64,000 nt of DNA from an uncultured delta proteobacterium (GTDB lineage: Bacteria; Myxococcota_A; Polyangia; Fen-1088), in contig CAVTRY010000011.1 in the NCBI GenBank assembly GCA_963737265.1, forward strand, positions 1,248,001 to 1,312,000, written 5' to 3'. The notes beneath the pieces were generated by a model. That model saw nothing but the letters and a program-made list of their open reading frames with translations, was not told the origin of the DNA and ran no database searches. Below, piece by piece: positions 1 through 10,406 of the stretch; positions within the stretch are counted from its first letter, which is position 1; every line of letters begins with the position of its first letter. Both the position numbers and the translations under genes were made by a program.

Positions 1-189
1 GTGTCAAACGGCAGACCGAGTCCTGGCGAAGCGAGGAGCCCCGGCCGCAAGGCGCGACGAGGGCGCGCCTTGCGCGGAGGGTGCAGGGCGGGTGGTAGGT
101 CCCTCGGGCGAATACTGGACGTATTTAACCGACGAGCAACGAAGCGGACGGGGCCCGCAGCCCGCCAGGTGACGGAAGCCGTTTGACAC
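1..189. mobile_element. MITE-like element with terminal inverted repeats (left end may extend outside the window)
   Basis: GTGTCAAACGGC at 1-12 and its exact reverse complement GCCGTTTGACAC at 178-189; non-coding; internal GCAAGGCGCGACGAG and CAACGAAGC shared with the element at 2128-2261. Confidence 0.7.
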
Positions 190-287
190 CAGCCTCCTAG
201 ATCGGCGGCGGGCGCGCGCGCTGACCCAGGTGCAAGCTTGCGCATGAACCCTACCTTTGCGTGCGCTCAACCTATAGACTGCACGCG

Positions 288-1481
288 ATGGACGACGCGA
301 AAGATCTAGAGGCCCTGGTCGTCGACCTTATCAAGCGCGACAGCGTCAATATTCCGCCCTACCCCGCCGTGGCCATGCGGCTGCAGCGTTTGGTGGGAGA
401 GGAGGACTATGGCATAGACGACATTCAACGCGTGATCGGCGGAGACCCGGTGCTGGCGGCCACGATTCTGCGCTACGCGAACTCGGCGGCCTTTCGCGGA
501 ATCACGCCCGCCTCGACGCTGGAAGGCGCAATCGCACGCATCGGCACCAACGAGGTGTGCAAGATCGCCCTAGCCACCAGCGTCGGCGCCCACGCCATCG
601 TGACTGGATGCCTATCGTCGCTGCGCCGCCGCTACTGGCGCGTGGCGATGACCAGCGCGATGCTGTGCCGATCGCTTGCCTATTGGCGTAAGGGCAACCC
701 CGAAGAAGGCTTCATCTGCGGGTTGCTGCACGACTTCGGCCAGATCGTGGCCACGGCGTGTTTCGAGGAAGTTATCGCGCGCACGCGCGACGCCCGGGTC
801 CTGCCCGAGTCGGTGTGGGCCTCCTGTGTGGAGCGCTTCCACGTCGAGCTTGGACTGGTCATCTCCGCTCGCTGGAACTTGCCCCCGCTCATCTGCGGCG
901 TGATTTCCTCACACCACACCCCGGACTCCAATCGCGAGCAGCGGGGCATGATCGACCTCGTCAACACCTGCGACGCCCTCGCCGCCCACCTGGACAGCGA
1001 GCCGAGCCCCACCAGCGACACGGTTTCCGCGCTCGGCATCCTGCGCTCAGGCGAGCCCGAGTACATGATGACCGTGATCCCGAAAATCGCGACCGCGGTT
1101 GCGTCCCTCGACGAGACCACGCCGGGCAAGGACACCGGTCTGTTTCGCACCGGCAGCCGCGTGCTGGCCCCGACCTCGGTCCTGGCCGGACCGACCAAAT
1201 CGATTGCGCTCAAGATGCAGATCATGCGATCGACCGGAAATACCGACTACGAGACTCTCTATTTCGCCAAAGATGGCATCGGTTTCACGGGTGCGAACAA
1301 ACTGCGCGAGAACAGCATGGTGCGCATCCGCGTGGACATGCCGAGGGGTCCCATCGAGGTTTGGGGTGTCATCGTCCTGTGCGCGGCCGAGGGTAAGGCA
1401 CAGCGCATGGAGGCGAAGCTTTTTGCCGCGGAACCGCAGACCTTGCAGGCTTGGCTTGGCTTCTATTCGTCGCTGGTTTGA
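288..1481 (+). CDS. HDOD domain protein with C-terminal PilZ-like beta domain
   Basis: IPPYPAVAMRL, DPVLAATILRYANSA, GLLHDFG, WNLPP...HH motifs typical of HDOD; start placed at ATG 288. Confidence 0.85.
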   Translation: MDDAKDLEALVVDLIKRDSVNIPPYPAVAMRLQRLVGEEDYGIDDIQRVIGGDPVLAATILRYANSAAFRGITPASTLEGAIARIGTNEVCKIALATSVGAHAIVTGCLSSLRRRYWRVAMTSAMLCRSLAYWRKGNPEEGFICGLLHDFGQIVATACFEEVIARTRDARVLPESVWASCVERFHVELGLVISARWNLPPLICGVISSHHTPDSNREQRGMIDLVNTCDALAAHLDSEPSPTSDTVSALGILRSGEPEYMMTVIPKIATAVASLDETTPGKDTGLFRTGSRVLAPTSVLAGPTKSIALKMQIMRSTGNTDYETLYFAKDGIGFTGANKLRENSMVRIRVDMPRGPIEVWGVIVLCAAEGKAQRMEAKLFAAEPQTLQAWLGFYSSLV

Positions 1482-1603
1482 CCATCCACCACGGGTGTTG
1501 CTTGAGGACGCGATGCCGCGAAACCCGCCCGCCCATGGTACCGTTAGTTGACAAGACATCGACGCGGACCACCTTACCGGCGTTGAGCTAGTCGAGAGAC
1601 AAC

Positions 1604-2146
1604 GTGTTTTCGTACCTCGCCCAATACGCAGAACAATACACCGAGGTCGGACCGGAGGCCTTCAGACGGCTCCATCCCTGGGCCTTCTTGGTGGCGCTGG
1701 GTATGGCCGGCGACCTCAACGACAGCCAGTCTTCTGGCACGAGCATCATCAACTTGGCGGACAGCGTTCTCGAACGCGGCCGCATCGCGGGACGGGTGTT
1801 CCCCCTCGTCAAGGCCCGCTACTCGCCCCGCGGTCCGATATCCGTCGGCCGAACCTCCGAGAACGACATCGTCATTCCCGAGTATTCGGTATCGCGCAAA
1901 CACTGCATCATCGCCCTCGTCAACGAGGTCTATCGCATCACCGATCTCGGCTCCGCCAACGGCACGCTGGTGGATGGGATCGCGATCGGCAAGCTGACAC
2001 CGCACGAGCTCGCCGGGGGAGAAATCCTGACCATGGGCCGACTCATGCTGTACTTCTTGCCCCCGCGAGAATTCGTCGAGCACCTTCGCGCCGTCGCGCC
2101 GCCAGGCGATTTCGACGCTGGCCGGCAAGGGCCCGTCAGGAAATAG
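1604..2146 (+). CDS. FHA domain-containing protein
   Basis: VGRTSENDIVI...SVSRKH...DLGSANGT FHA signature; its stop codon lies inside the MITE left end. Confidence 0.85.
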   Translation: MFSYLAQYAEQYTEVGPEAFRRLHPWAFLVALGMAGDLNDSQSSGTSIINLADSVLERGRIAGRVFPLVKARYSPRGPISVGRTSENDIVIPEYSVSRKHCIIALVNEVYRITDLGSANGTLVDGIAIGKLTPHELAGGEILTMGRLMLYFLPPREFVEHLRAVAPPGDFDAGRQGPVRK

Positions 2147-2261
2147 CGTTGTCAGGTCGGCGCCGAGACACCCGGCTGGCAAGGCGCGACGAGCGCGCAT
2201 CAACGAAGCCAGACGGGATGGTTCGGCGGCGGGATGCCAAGGCTATTTCTTGACGGGCCCT
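2128..2261. mobile_element. 134-bp MITE-like element
   Basis: TIR AGGGCCCGTCAGGAAATAGC (2128-2147) versus GCTATTTCTTGACGGGCCCT (2242-2261), 19/20 match; lies between convergent genes. Confidence 0.75.
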
Positions 2262-2264
2262 AAC

Positions 2265-2732
2265 TCAAGCTTGCGGCGCGGGCGCCGTGGCCGCGGCAGC
2301 CTCGTGCTTGGCGATCATCTTTCCCACGCGCGGAATGGCCGCCTCGGTGTGCTTCTTGGCCATGGGCCGCAGCCGCTCGTAGGCGGTCTTCACGACCTGG
2401 TTCTTGGCCCGCTGGGCGCGCTGGTCGGTGAGCCCGAGCAATGCCTCGGCTGCCTCGCCGGCATGCGCGTTGAAATACACCGTGACCGGCTCGTTCTTGG
2501 CCTTGGCGGCCTGATACAGGGGATCCAGACGATCGGCAAAATCGTCGAGCAATCCGTCGATGACCTCGGGAATGAATCCGGGCTTGATGGCCTTGACAAT
2601 CGCGTGGGCGGCCTTGATGGGGATTCCCGTCAGGCCCTTCGAGGAAACCTCGTCGTCGATGATCTGCTCGCAATCGCGAATCACCTGGGGACGCGCGCCG
2701 GGACGTGACAATATTTCTTTCAATGTGCTCAT
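2265..2732 (-). CDS. Conserved hypothetical protein (DUF6918-like)
   Basis: MSTLKEILSRPGARPQVIRDCEQIIDDEVSSKGLTG...KAIKPGFI...AYERLRPMAKKH; 3' part of ORF 2265..3536 with strong GC3 bias; family name from recall. Confidence 0.7.
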   Translation of the reverse strand: MSTLKEILSRPGARPQVIRDCEQIIDDEVSSKGLTGIPIKAAHAIVKAIKPGFIPEVIDGLLDDFADRLDPLYQAAKAKNEPVTVYFNAHAGEAAEALLGLTDQRAQRAKNQVVKTAYERLRPMAKKHTEAAIPRVGKMIAKHEAAAATAPAPQA

Positions 2733-2762
2733 GGTTCGCACTTTACCCTGACCCGCGCTTTC

Positions 2763-4040
2763 ATGGTACCCATGACAACCTTGAGCTCGCCGCCTGAAGA
2801 TTCGCTGCGGAGCCGACCCGCCGCCGCGCTGTCGGTGCTGACGGGACTCAACGCGCTCAACTATCTCGATCGTTTTCTGGTCGCGCCGCTCCTGCCGCTC
2901 ATCATCGTCGGCCTCGGTTTGAGCGATCGGCAAGCCGGCTCGTTGCAATCTGTCTTCATCTTCGTCTATGCCCTCGTCTGTCCGTGGGCCGGCTGGCTCG
3001 GCGACCGGGTTTCCCGCCTGCGCATCGCCGCCGCCGGCGTCGCGGTGTGGAGTATCGCAACCTTTACCTCGGGCCTGGCCTCTACGTTTCTGTGGCTGCT
3101 TTTCGCGCGCGCCCTGGTCGGCATCGGAGAGGCGACCTATACGGTGGTAACGCCGTCGCTGCTGTCGGATCACTACCCATCCGAGCGGCGCGGCCGCGCA
3201 CTTTCCATCTTCTACGCCGCCATGCCCTTCGGCATCGCTATCGGCTACGCCATGGGCGGCCAAATCGGTGCGCGCTACGGTTGGCGTCCCGCCTTTCTCG
3301 TGGCCGGCGGCCCGGGACTCTTGTGCGCCTGCCTGTTGCTGTTTCTGCGCGAGCCGCCGCGCGGCCGGTTCGACGGCCGTCCGGCGTCGATGGAGTCGCT
3401 GTCTTTTTCGGCGTTCTTGCGTACCTTGAGCCGCCGTCCGAGCTTCTTCGTGAACATGGCGGCCCAGACGATCTGGTCGTTCACCATGGGCGGCCTCGGC
3501 GCATGGATGCCGACCTATCTCGTGCGCGAGCGACACCTCGGTGTGGCCCAGGCCGGTACGATCTTCGGCGCGCTCTTGCTCGGCGCTGGATTCGTGGGCA
3601 CCCTTTTAGGCGGACAGATTGGCGACCTCCTGGCGCGGAAGTGGCGGGGTGCCCACTTCACATTCTCGGGAATCAGCCTGCTCGCGGCCATTCCGTTCAC
3701 CCTGCTCGCGGTGCTCTCGCCCCACCCCGGCACTTACTGGCCGGCGGTGGCCGGCACTCTGTTTTGCCTGTTTCTCAACAACGGTCCACTCAACGCCGCG
3801 ATGGTCAACGTGTTGCCCGCCAACGTGCGAGCGCGCGGCGTTGGGCTGCACACGACCACCATCCACCTCCTCGGCGATGCGTGCTCTCCTATCCTGATCG
3901 GCGCCGCCTCGGATGCCGTTGGCCTGCGCGTCCCGGTCCTACTTACCGGGCTCCTTGCCAGCCTAGCCGGCGCGCTGCTCTTGCTCGGCCGCCGCATGTT
4001 GGCGTCGGACCTGGAATTCGCCGAAAGAAATCGAGTCTAG
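2763..4040 (+). CDS. MFS transporter, spinster-like
   Basis: NALNYLDRF, GWLGDRVSR (motif A), RALVGIGEA; many hydrophobic helices. Confidence 0.9.
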   Translation: MVPMTTLSSPPEDSLRSRPAAALSVLTGLNALNYLDRFLVAPLLPLIIVGLGLSDRQAGSLQSVFIFVYALVCPWAGWLGDRVSRLRIAAAGVAVWSIATFTSGLASTFLWLLFARALVGIGEATYTVVTPSLLSDHYPSERRGRALSIFYAAMPFGIAIGYAMGGQIGARYGWRPAFLVAGGPGLLCACLLLFLREPPRGRFDGRPASMESLSFSAFLRTLSRRPSFFVNMAAQTIWSFTMGGLGAWMPTYLVRERHLGVAQAGTIFGALLLGAGFVGTLLGGQIGDLLARKWRGAHFTFSGISLLAAIPFTLLAVLSPHPGTYWPAVAGTLFCLFLNNGPLNAAMVNVLPANVRARGVGLHTTTIHLLGDACSPILIGAASDAVGLRVPVLLTGLLASLAGALLLLGRRMLASDLEFAERNRV

Positions 4041-4204
4041 CTGGCCCCTAGTGAAAGTCGGACCGACGCGGAGACTTGCACCACGGGCCGTTGGCTCAAC
4101 AAGTCGCGATCGGCATCCACCCCAGCGAAATCGTCGGACGCTCGGGCTAGCAGGCGCGGAGGAAGCGGGCTGGTGGCGTAGACATCGGCGGCGACTCAGG
4201 TATC

Positions 4205-6067
4205 GTGACGTGGTTGCATTCACAGACACGCCAGCTCGGATTCGCCTCGGCGCAGCTCAGCCTATTGGCGTTTGCGCTTCTGTTTTGGGGGCTCTACCTG
4301 ACTCAGTTGCCCGGTCTGGTGAGCAAAACCGGCACGCCAGGTTGGCGGGAATCGGCGTCCTACTGCTTGATGGTAGCGAGCGGCTTTGCCTTGGCGGTAG
4401 GCGTTCTCACCGTGCCTTTCTCGTTTGCGGGGCGTCCGCGGCTGGAGAGCTTGGCCAGGGTGGGTGCGAGCCTGCTCGGCTCCGCCTTGCTGGTCGGCGC
4501 GTTCATCGACAGTCGACTGTACGCGGTGTTGGGCGTCCATCTCTACGATTCCTCGGTAACCGCCCTGCTCGGACGTGGAGCGGTGAACGAGTCCTTGCAC
4601 ATCACGGCGCGAGAGGTGGCGCTCGTTTCAGCATGGACCGTTGGAGGCGCGCTGATCCTGCTGCTCGCGGGCGCGGCCGGAACACGCTTGTTTGGCCAAA
4701 CCGCAGAGAGGAAATGGCTCGTGCCGGTCGTGCTGTGCGGTCTGTTCGCCGCAGGCTGGGGCGGATCGGGGCGGGTTCGCACGTCACTTCCCGGCGGCCC
4801 GGCGAAGGCACTTCCGCTTCACGATCTGCTGTTCGCTCCGCGCGCGTCGAGCGCCTCAGCCGAGTCCTGGACCCTCCGCTACCCGAGGTTCGAGGGCCCA
4901 CTGCCGGCCTTGCAGCGAAGGCCAAGTTTTCTGCTGATTTTGGTTGAGACGTTGCGCGGAGACATGTTGACGCCAGAATTCATGCCGGAACTGTGGGCGT
5001 TGCAATCGACTCCGCAATGCACTCGCTCGGCCAATCATCAGGCGTCCAGTCATTCCACGGATCATTGCCTGTTCTCGCTGCTGTACGGCCTTCATTCGTA
5101 CCACTACCAGGTTCTTGGCAAGCGTAATGTGCCGAATTTTCCTCTGCGTGTTCTCAAACAGAACGGCTACCACGTGGCGGGAGGGTCCTCCGCGGCTCTC
5201 TCGCAATGGGGCGAGCTCTCCTATCTAACCGAGCAGTTCCACGAGTTTTTTGAAGCCAAAGGCGCCGGTCCAGTTGAGCGCGACCGCGATCTTTTGCGAT
5301 GGTCGATGGACTTTCTGACGGCGCATTCCGCAGGAGACCCGTTCCTTCTGGTTGTTTTTTTCGATTCCACGCACCACAAGTACTACTACCCACCCGAATT
5401 CGAGATTTACAAGCCGGCCCTGGCGGAATCCCACAGTTTGATTGCCGGCGATGAGGGGGACGCGGATATCCGCAATCAATTGGTCAACCGCTACAAGAAC
5501 AGCGTCCGCTTTGTCGACAGCAGCGTCGGGACTTTGCTGCGAAAGTTCATCCAATTAAGAAATGGCAAGGATTGGATTGCGGGGGTGACGGGCGATCACG
5601 GCGAGGAGTTTTGGGACCACGGGTTGCTGGGACATGCGTCGGTTAGCTTCGTCAACGCACGCGTGAGGGTGCCTCTGGTCCTTTGCACGTCGGACAAAGT
5701 CTCGTGGTCACTGGCGTTGACCAGTCACGTGGATATCATGCCGACCTTCCTCGACTACGCGGGCCTCGTCCCGGCCATCGAGGCCAGCGATTTTAGCAGC
5801 GGCGTTTCGCTCTTGCGCGCGCAGGATCCCGAGCGTTTGGTGCTCGTTTCGGCCATCGATTTCCCCGAGAGGAATCGCCAATTGGCCGTTGTGTCCCAAA
5901 CCTCGAAGTTTCTCGTGTGGAAAGAGCCTTCTGGGTCGAAGGCATTTCGGGTTACCTCGACCACCGACGGGGAAGACGTCCCCGCGCAACGGTCCGACGC
6001 AGCTTGTGGCAAGGCGTTGGAGTTTCTTGGCCTGAGCTACCGGCGATTTTTCGTGCGATCGCGCTGA
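4205..6067 (+). CDS. Membrane-anchored sulfatase/alkaline phosphatase superfamily protein (YejM/LTA synthase-like)
   Basis: N-terminal TM helices, then LVETLRGD, FDSTHH, TGDHGEEF..HG..GH, TSHVDIMPT motifs. Confidence 0.8.
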   Translation: MTWLHSQTRQLGFASAQLSLLAFALLFWGLYLTQLPGLVSKTGTPGWRESASYCLMVASGFALAVGVLTVPFSFAGRPRLESLARVGASLLGSALLVGAFIDSRLYAVLGVHLYDSSVTALLGRGAVNESLHITAREVALVSAWTVGGALILLLAGAAGTRLFGQTAERKWLVPVVLCGLFAAGWGGSGRVRTSLPGGPAKALPLHDLLFAPRASSASAESWTLRYPRFEGPLPALQRRPSFLLILVETLRGDMLTPEFMPELWALQSTPQCTRSANHQASSHSTDHCLFSLLYGLHSYHYQVLGKRNVPNFPLRVLKQNGYHVAGGSSAALSQWGELSYLTEQFHEFFEAKGAGPVERDRDLLRWSMDFLTAHSAGDPFLLVVFFDSTHHKYYYPPEFEIYKPALAESHSLIAGDEGDADIRNQLVNRYKNSVRFVDSSVGTLLRKFIQLRNGKDWIAGVTGDHGEEFWDHGLLGHASVSFVNARVRVPLVLCTSDKVSWSLALTSHVDIMPTFLDYAGLVPAIEASDFSSGVSLLRAQDPERLVLVSAIDFPERNRQLAVVSQTSKFLVWKEPSGSKAFRVTSTTDGEDVPAQRSDAACGKALEFLGLSYRRFFVRSR

Positions 6068-6217
6068 ACTGCCGTGCACTGCCATGCGTCAGGTTGGTTC
6101 TCCGCGGAAGTTTGCATAACGCAGCTGAGAAGGCGAATATGTCGGCCGGCGCGGGACCGCTGCGACGCGAGCACTTGCCATCAAGGAGAATCCCATGTTG
6201 GGCGCGACCTTCTCGTC

Positions 6218-6811
6218 ATGTTACAGTTAGCGGCCATGGTCGATCCCACGTCCGACGTGTCCGCGGATGCCGTCGTGGGCCCTGGCACCAAAGTGTGGGG
6301 CCGAACCCATGTCCGCGAAGGCGCGATCCTCGGGGCCAACTGCGTCGTCGGTGAAAACGTCTATATCGACGCCGATGTTCGCGTGGGAAACAACGTGAAG
6401 ATACAGAACGGCGCCCTGCTGTACCGGCACCTGACCTTGGGCGACGGCGTGTTCGTTGGTCCCCTGGTGTGCTTCACCAACGACGAGCGTCCGCGCGCGG
6501 TGACGCCCGGGGGCGCGCTGAAACAGAACGGAGACTGGAGCCCCGGGAAAACGCGGGTCGAGGCAGGCGCCTCGTTAGGAGCTGCCGCGGTGGTCTTGCC
6601 GGGGCTGCGCATTGGCGCCTGGTCCATGGTCGGCGCGGGAGCGGTCGTGACACGCGATGTTCCTGACTACGCGCTGGTCGTGGGATCGCCTGCGCGCCAG
6701 GTGGGATGGGTGTGTGCCTGTGGTGCGCGCCTGGTGGCGAATGGCGCTCAAGACGGCGGCCAAACCTGGCACTGCCCAAAGGACGGATGGAAGCTCCCGC
6801 GGGCCAGTTGA
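6218..6811 (+). CDS. Hexapeptide-repeat N-acetyltransferase (WbpD/WlbB-like)
   Basis: left-handed beta-helix repeats, VKIQNG, FVGPLVCFTND..PR, GAGAVVTRDVPDYALVVGSPAR..GWVCACG; start 6218 or 6236. Confidence 0.85.
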   Translation: MLQLAAMVDPTSDVSADAVVGPGTKVWGRTHVREGAILGANCVVGENVYIDADVRVGNNVKIQNGALLYRHLTLGDGVFVGPLVCFTNDERPRAVTPGGALKQNGDWSPGKTRVEAGASLGAAAVVLPGLRIGAWSMVGAGAVVTRDVPDYALVVGSPARQVGWVCACGARLVANGAQDGGQTWHCPKDGWKLPRAS

Positions 6812-7854
6812 TTCGAGCTGGCGTAATCGGGGCAGGCGCCATGGGCCGGCATCACGCCCGCGTGTATGCGGAGTTGGAGGGCGTGGAGCTGGTCGCGGTG
6901 GCCGATCCCGACGAGCGGCGTCGCGCCGATATCGCCAAGCGCACCGGTGCACGACCCTACGACCACTATCTCCGGCTCTTCGAAAAAGAAAAGCTCGAAC
7001 GCCGTCAGCGTGGCCGTTCCCACGTCGCAGCACCATGAGGCGGTGGTGTGTGCCTTCGAGCACGGCGTTCACGTGTTGGTGGAAAAGCCCATCGCCGCCA
7101 CCGTGGAAGAGGCGACGGATCTCATTCGTCGGCGGGAGAAGAACGGATTGACCCTGGCCGTTGGCCACATCGAGCGTCACAACCCTGCGGTGATCGAGCT
7201 CTATCGCCGATTGGGCGAGGGCGAGCTGGGCAAGGTGTTTCAGGTCCATTCGCGGCGCATGTCGCCTTTTCCCGCGTACGTGCGGGATGTGGGGGTCACG
7301 CTGGATCTCGCCACGCACGAGATCGACATTATTCGTTCCTTGGTGGGAGCGCCTCTGCTGCGAGTGTATGCGGAGACCAGCCGCAACGTGCACGCAAGTC
7401 AGGAAGATTCCCTGGTAAGCACCTTGCGGTTCAATAACAACGTCATCGGCAGTCTGAATGCCAACTGGGTAACTCCGAGCAAGACGCGCGAATGTCGTAT
7501 TATCGGCGAGCGCGGAATGGGACTGGTGGACTACCTCACGCAAGATCTCTACTTCTATGAAAACAGCAACGCCCCCACCGCTGGGACATGATGGCGCTGT
7601 TCAAGGGGGTCGAGGAAGGCAACGTGGTCAAGTTGCGCGTGGCCAAGGTGGAACCCTTGCGGGCGCAGCTGATGGATTTCGTGCGGGCGGTACGAACGGG
7701 AACGCCGCCGATGGTGACGGGCACCGATGGACTCTTTGCGGTGGCCATCGCGCACATGCTGCTGGAATCGGCGCGCACGCAACAGGCGGTTATCGTCAAG
7801 GACGAGGTGGCGCGGCGGGGGTGGCCAGAGGTGCTGCGGACGGGGTTGGATTGA
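6808..7854 (+). pseudogene. Gfo/Idh/MocA oxidoreductase (WbpB-like), broken by two frameshifts (real or assembly error)
   Basis: GVIGAGAMG...VLVEKP...GHIERHNP...DLATHEID spread over three frames; extra A near 6998 (GCTCGAACG) and a missing base near 7578. Confidence 0.75.
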
Positions 7855-9532
7855 CCGCGGGGTGGGTGCAGATGCGCTCGCGCAGCGCCAGCGCCCGCGC
7901 GTAGCCGGGATCGATCTCCAGTGCGTGCGACAAAGCCGAACAGGCCTTTTCAGGCTTGCCGTCCGCCACCTGCGCCGATGCCACATTGAACCAGAAGCGA
8001 CGATCGGTCGCTCCCGCCAGTGGCAATAGCCGTCGCAACGCGGACTTCGCGTCGGCCACGCGGTTGAGGGATAGGTAGGTCACAGCGAGATTGTTCAAGG
8101 CTCGCTCGTCGCTCGGGTTGAGCGCTACGGCTTTCTCAAGTAGGGGCAGGGCTTCGATGAATTGTCCTTTGGACGTTGCGATGGTGGCGAGCCGATAGAG
8201 GGACGCCGCATTTTCAGGCTCCATGGCGGCTGAGTATTGGGCCAGCGTTTCTTCGTTCTTCCACGCGCCGACTTGCCGCCAGGTTGTTGCCAGCACAAGG
8301 CCACACCACGCGGCGACCGGAGCAAGCCACAGGGTCCAATGGACGCCGGCTAGGGTGCGGGCAGCGATACGTGCGGCGGCCAGAAGGGCGATGGCGAGAA
8401 ATAGAAACGGAAAGAACGCGTACCGATCGGAAAGCGCGCCAATGCTCCGCACGCCCAAGGCCGCAGGCAGAAGCAGGGGGCCAAGCGCCAGCAGCGCGCA
8501 CAGTCCGAGGCCGAAGCTCGTGGGTGCGACGGCTGCACGCACCCGATGGGAAAGGAACGCCATTGCTGCGGCAAGAACGACCAGCACAATCCAGCCGAGG
8601 GGTACAAATGCGGGCCACAGGTGGCGATCGGGAGTCAGGGAAAAAGGCGAAACGAACGAAGTGGCGTAGGCCAGGACAACGCCCGGCAAATCGACGACTG
8701 CGCGCAGGAGTGACTTCTCCTGGGCCATGGGAAGGGACGCCGCCTGCATGAAAAGGGCACGCAGCGGGAAGTAGGCAGCGGTTCCAAGCAGAAGTGCGGT
8801 CACAGAAACGAGGCTGGCGCGCGTTTTTCTCCGCGCCACGGCCAGCGCCAAGACAGCCGCGGGCAACGCCAGATTGGCTTCCTTGGCGAACAAGGAAGCT
8901 AGCTGTGCCAGTGTCGCGGCGGAAGCCCACAGCCAACGTCCGCGTACCTTGGTGGCATCGCCAGAGCGCAGGGCCAGCAATAGGGCCAACAGCGAGAATA
9001 TGGCTGCGAGGAGATCGGAGCGCGCGGAAATATAGGTGAAGACCTCGACGTGAAGGGGGTGAAGCGCCCACAGAGCGGGCAGCCAGAGGCCGAGGCCGAG
9101 CCTTTTGCCCAGGGCATACACCAACAAGATCGACAGAAGTCCAAGCAGGACGCTGTGCAGGTGCATTGGGCCCGGTCGATTGCCGAAGGATCTCACGTCG
9201 AGCCAGTGGCTCGCCACGCTGACTGGGCGATAGCTTTCGTGCGCGGGAACCAGGTTTTTGGGCGCGCGTTCGGTCGCCGGCTCGCTGCGTGCGTGCTCCC
9301 CCTTTCGGATCACCCCCGACAGCGGCCCACGCATGAGATCGCTCTGCGAAAAATTGGTCGGGTCGTCCCACACGAAGTCAAAGCCCACGGTACGAACATA
9401 GGTCGCAAGATAGACCAGCAGCAGCGCCGGAAGCGCCCAGCGCGGCGGTGATCGACGATGGAGCATCGATTCACCTGGCCCAGAAACCGAATTCTCTCGA
9501 TCCGGGTCACCCGGACGGAGGACATCGGGCAT
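7796..9532 (-). CDS. TMTC-like multi-TM protein (GT-C fold) with C-terminal TPRs
   Basis: FVWDD, YRPV, LHPLHVEVFTYISARSD, FAKE, DRY motifs as in TMTC-type mannosyltransferases, followed by TPR repeats; start uncertain. Confidence 0.75.
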   Translation of the reverse strand: MPDVLRPGDPDRENSVSGPGESMLHRRSPPRWALPALLLVYLATYVRTVGFDFVWDDPTNFSQSDLMRGPLSGVIRKGEHARSEPATERAPKNLVPAHESYRPVSVASHWLDVRSFGNRPGPMHLHSVLLGLLSILLVYALGKRLGLGLWLPALWALHPLHVEVFTYISARSDLLAAIFSLLALLLALRSGDATKVRGRWLWASAATLAQLASLFAKEANLALPAAVLALAVARRKTRASLVSVTALLLGTAAYFPLRALFMQAASLPMAQEKSLLRAVVDLPGVVLAYATSFVSPFSLTPDRHLWPAFVPLGWIVLVVLAAAMAFLSHRVRAAVAPTSFGLGLCALLALGPLLLPAALGVRSIGALSDRYAFFPFLFLAIALLAAARIAARTLAGVHWTLWLAPVAAWCGLVLATTWRQVGAWKNEETLAQYSAAMEPENAASLYRLATIATSKGQFIEALPLLEKAVALNPSDERALNNLAVTYLSLNRVADAKSALRRLLPLAGATDRRFWFNVASAQVADGKPEKACSALSHALEIDPGYARALALRERICTHPAVNPTPSAAPLATPAAPPRP

Positions 9533-9653
9533 GACCGAAGTATAGGGCGCACCTGGCAACTTGAGCAAGAAGCCTTCAACAGACGCCTGGCCAACTCCGA
9601 GTGCAGGAAACCGTGGCGTTCTGCCGGGTATTCTTCAATGATGCTGGGTACCC

Positions 9654-10397
9654 ATGCGCCTTTCCTACGTGCTTCCCGTGCACAATGAAGAAGCCATCTT
9701 GGCGGACAACGTCGCCCGTCTGCGCGCGGTTCTCGGGGCGCACGAAGGATCGAGGATCTTGCTCGTGGAAAACGGCAGCCGCGACGGGTCGGCCGCGTTG
9801 GCCTTGGGCCTAGCCGCGACGGTCCACCCGGTCCCCGTGCTGGCGTATTCGCTACCGCTTGCGGGCATCGGCCATGCGTACGATCGCGGGATGCGCGAAG
9901 TCTTGGCGCTCGACGGTGCGGACCGCGAGCATTGGCTGGTGCTGAGCGCCGCCGATCTGCCCTTTGGTTTCAGCGACCTCGAACATGCTTTGCCTAGCTT
10001 GCGAGCTTCCGCGGCGCCTCTGCTCATCGGCTCCAAAGCGCACCCGCACAGCGAGGTCCACGTGCCCCGACAAAGAGCCGTCGCCACGCAGCTGTACCGT
10101 CGGATTCGCCGCGGCGTGGCCGGCATGCGAACGGGAGACTCGCAGGGCAGTCTGTTTCTGCGGCTTGATTTGGCTGCGCGGCTGGTGGACCTGATTCGTT
10201 CGCGCGACTTCTTCTACTCGACTGAATTGGTATTTCAGGTCGAACGAATGGGGCATCCGGTGGTCGAATTGCCGGTCACGGTCGAGCCCGAGGCACGCGC
10301 ATCCACGGTGAAACCCGTGCGGCACGGGGCCAAGATGTTCGTGGCCTTGCTTCGTACCGTGCGGCGGTGGGGGCGGGTACCTGGCCGCCCCTTTTGA
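9654..10397 (+). CDS. Glycosyltransferase family 2 (polyprenol-phosphate glycosyltransferase-like)
   Basis: LSYVLPVHNEE, VENGSRDGS, AADL, DSQG motifs. Confidence 0.85.
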   Translation: MRLSYVLPVHNEEAILADNVARLRAVLGAHEGSRILLVENGSRDGSAALALGLAATVHPVPVLAYSLPLAGIGHAYDRGMREVLALDGADREHWLVLSAADLPFGFSDLEHALPSLRASAAPLLIGSKAHPHSEVHVPRQRAVATQLYRRIRRGVAGMRTGDSQGSLFLRLDLAARLVDLIRSRDFFYSTELVFQVERMGHPVVELPVTVEPEARASTVKPVRHGAKMFVALLRTVRRWGRVPGRPF

Positions 10398-10406
10398 TCC
10401 ATCTTG

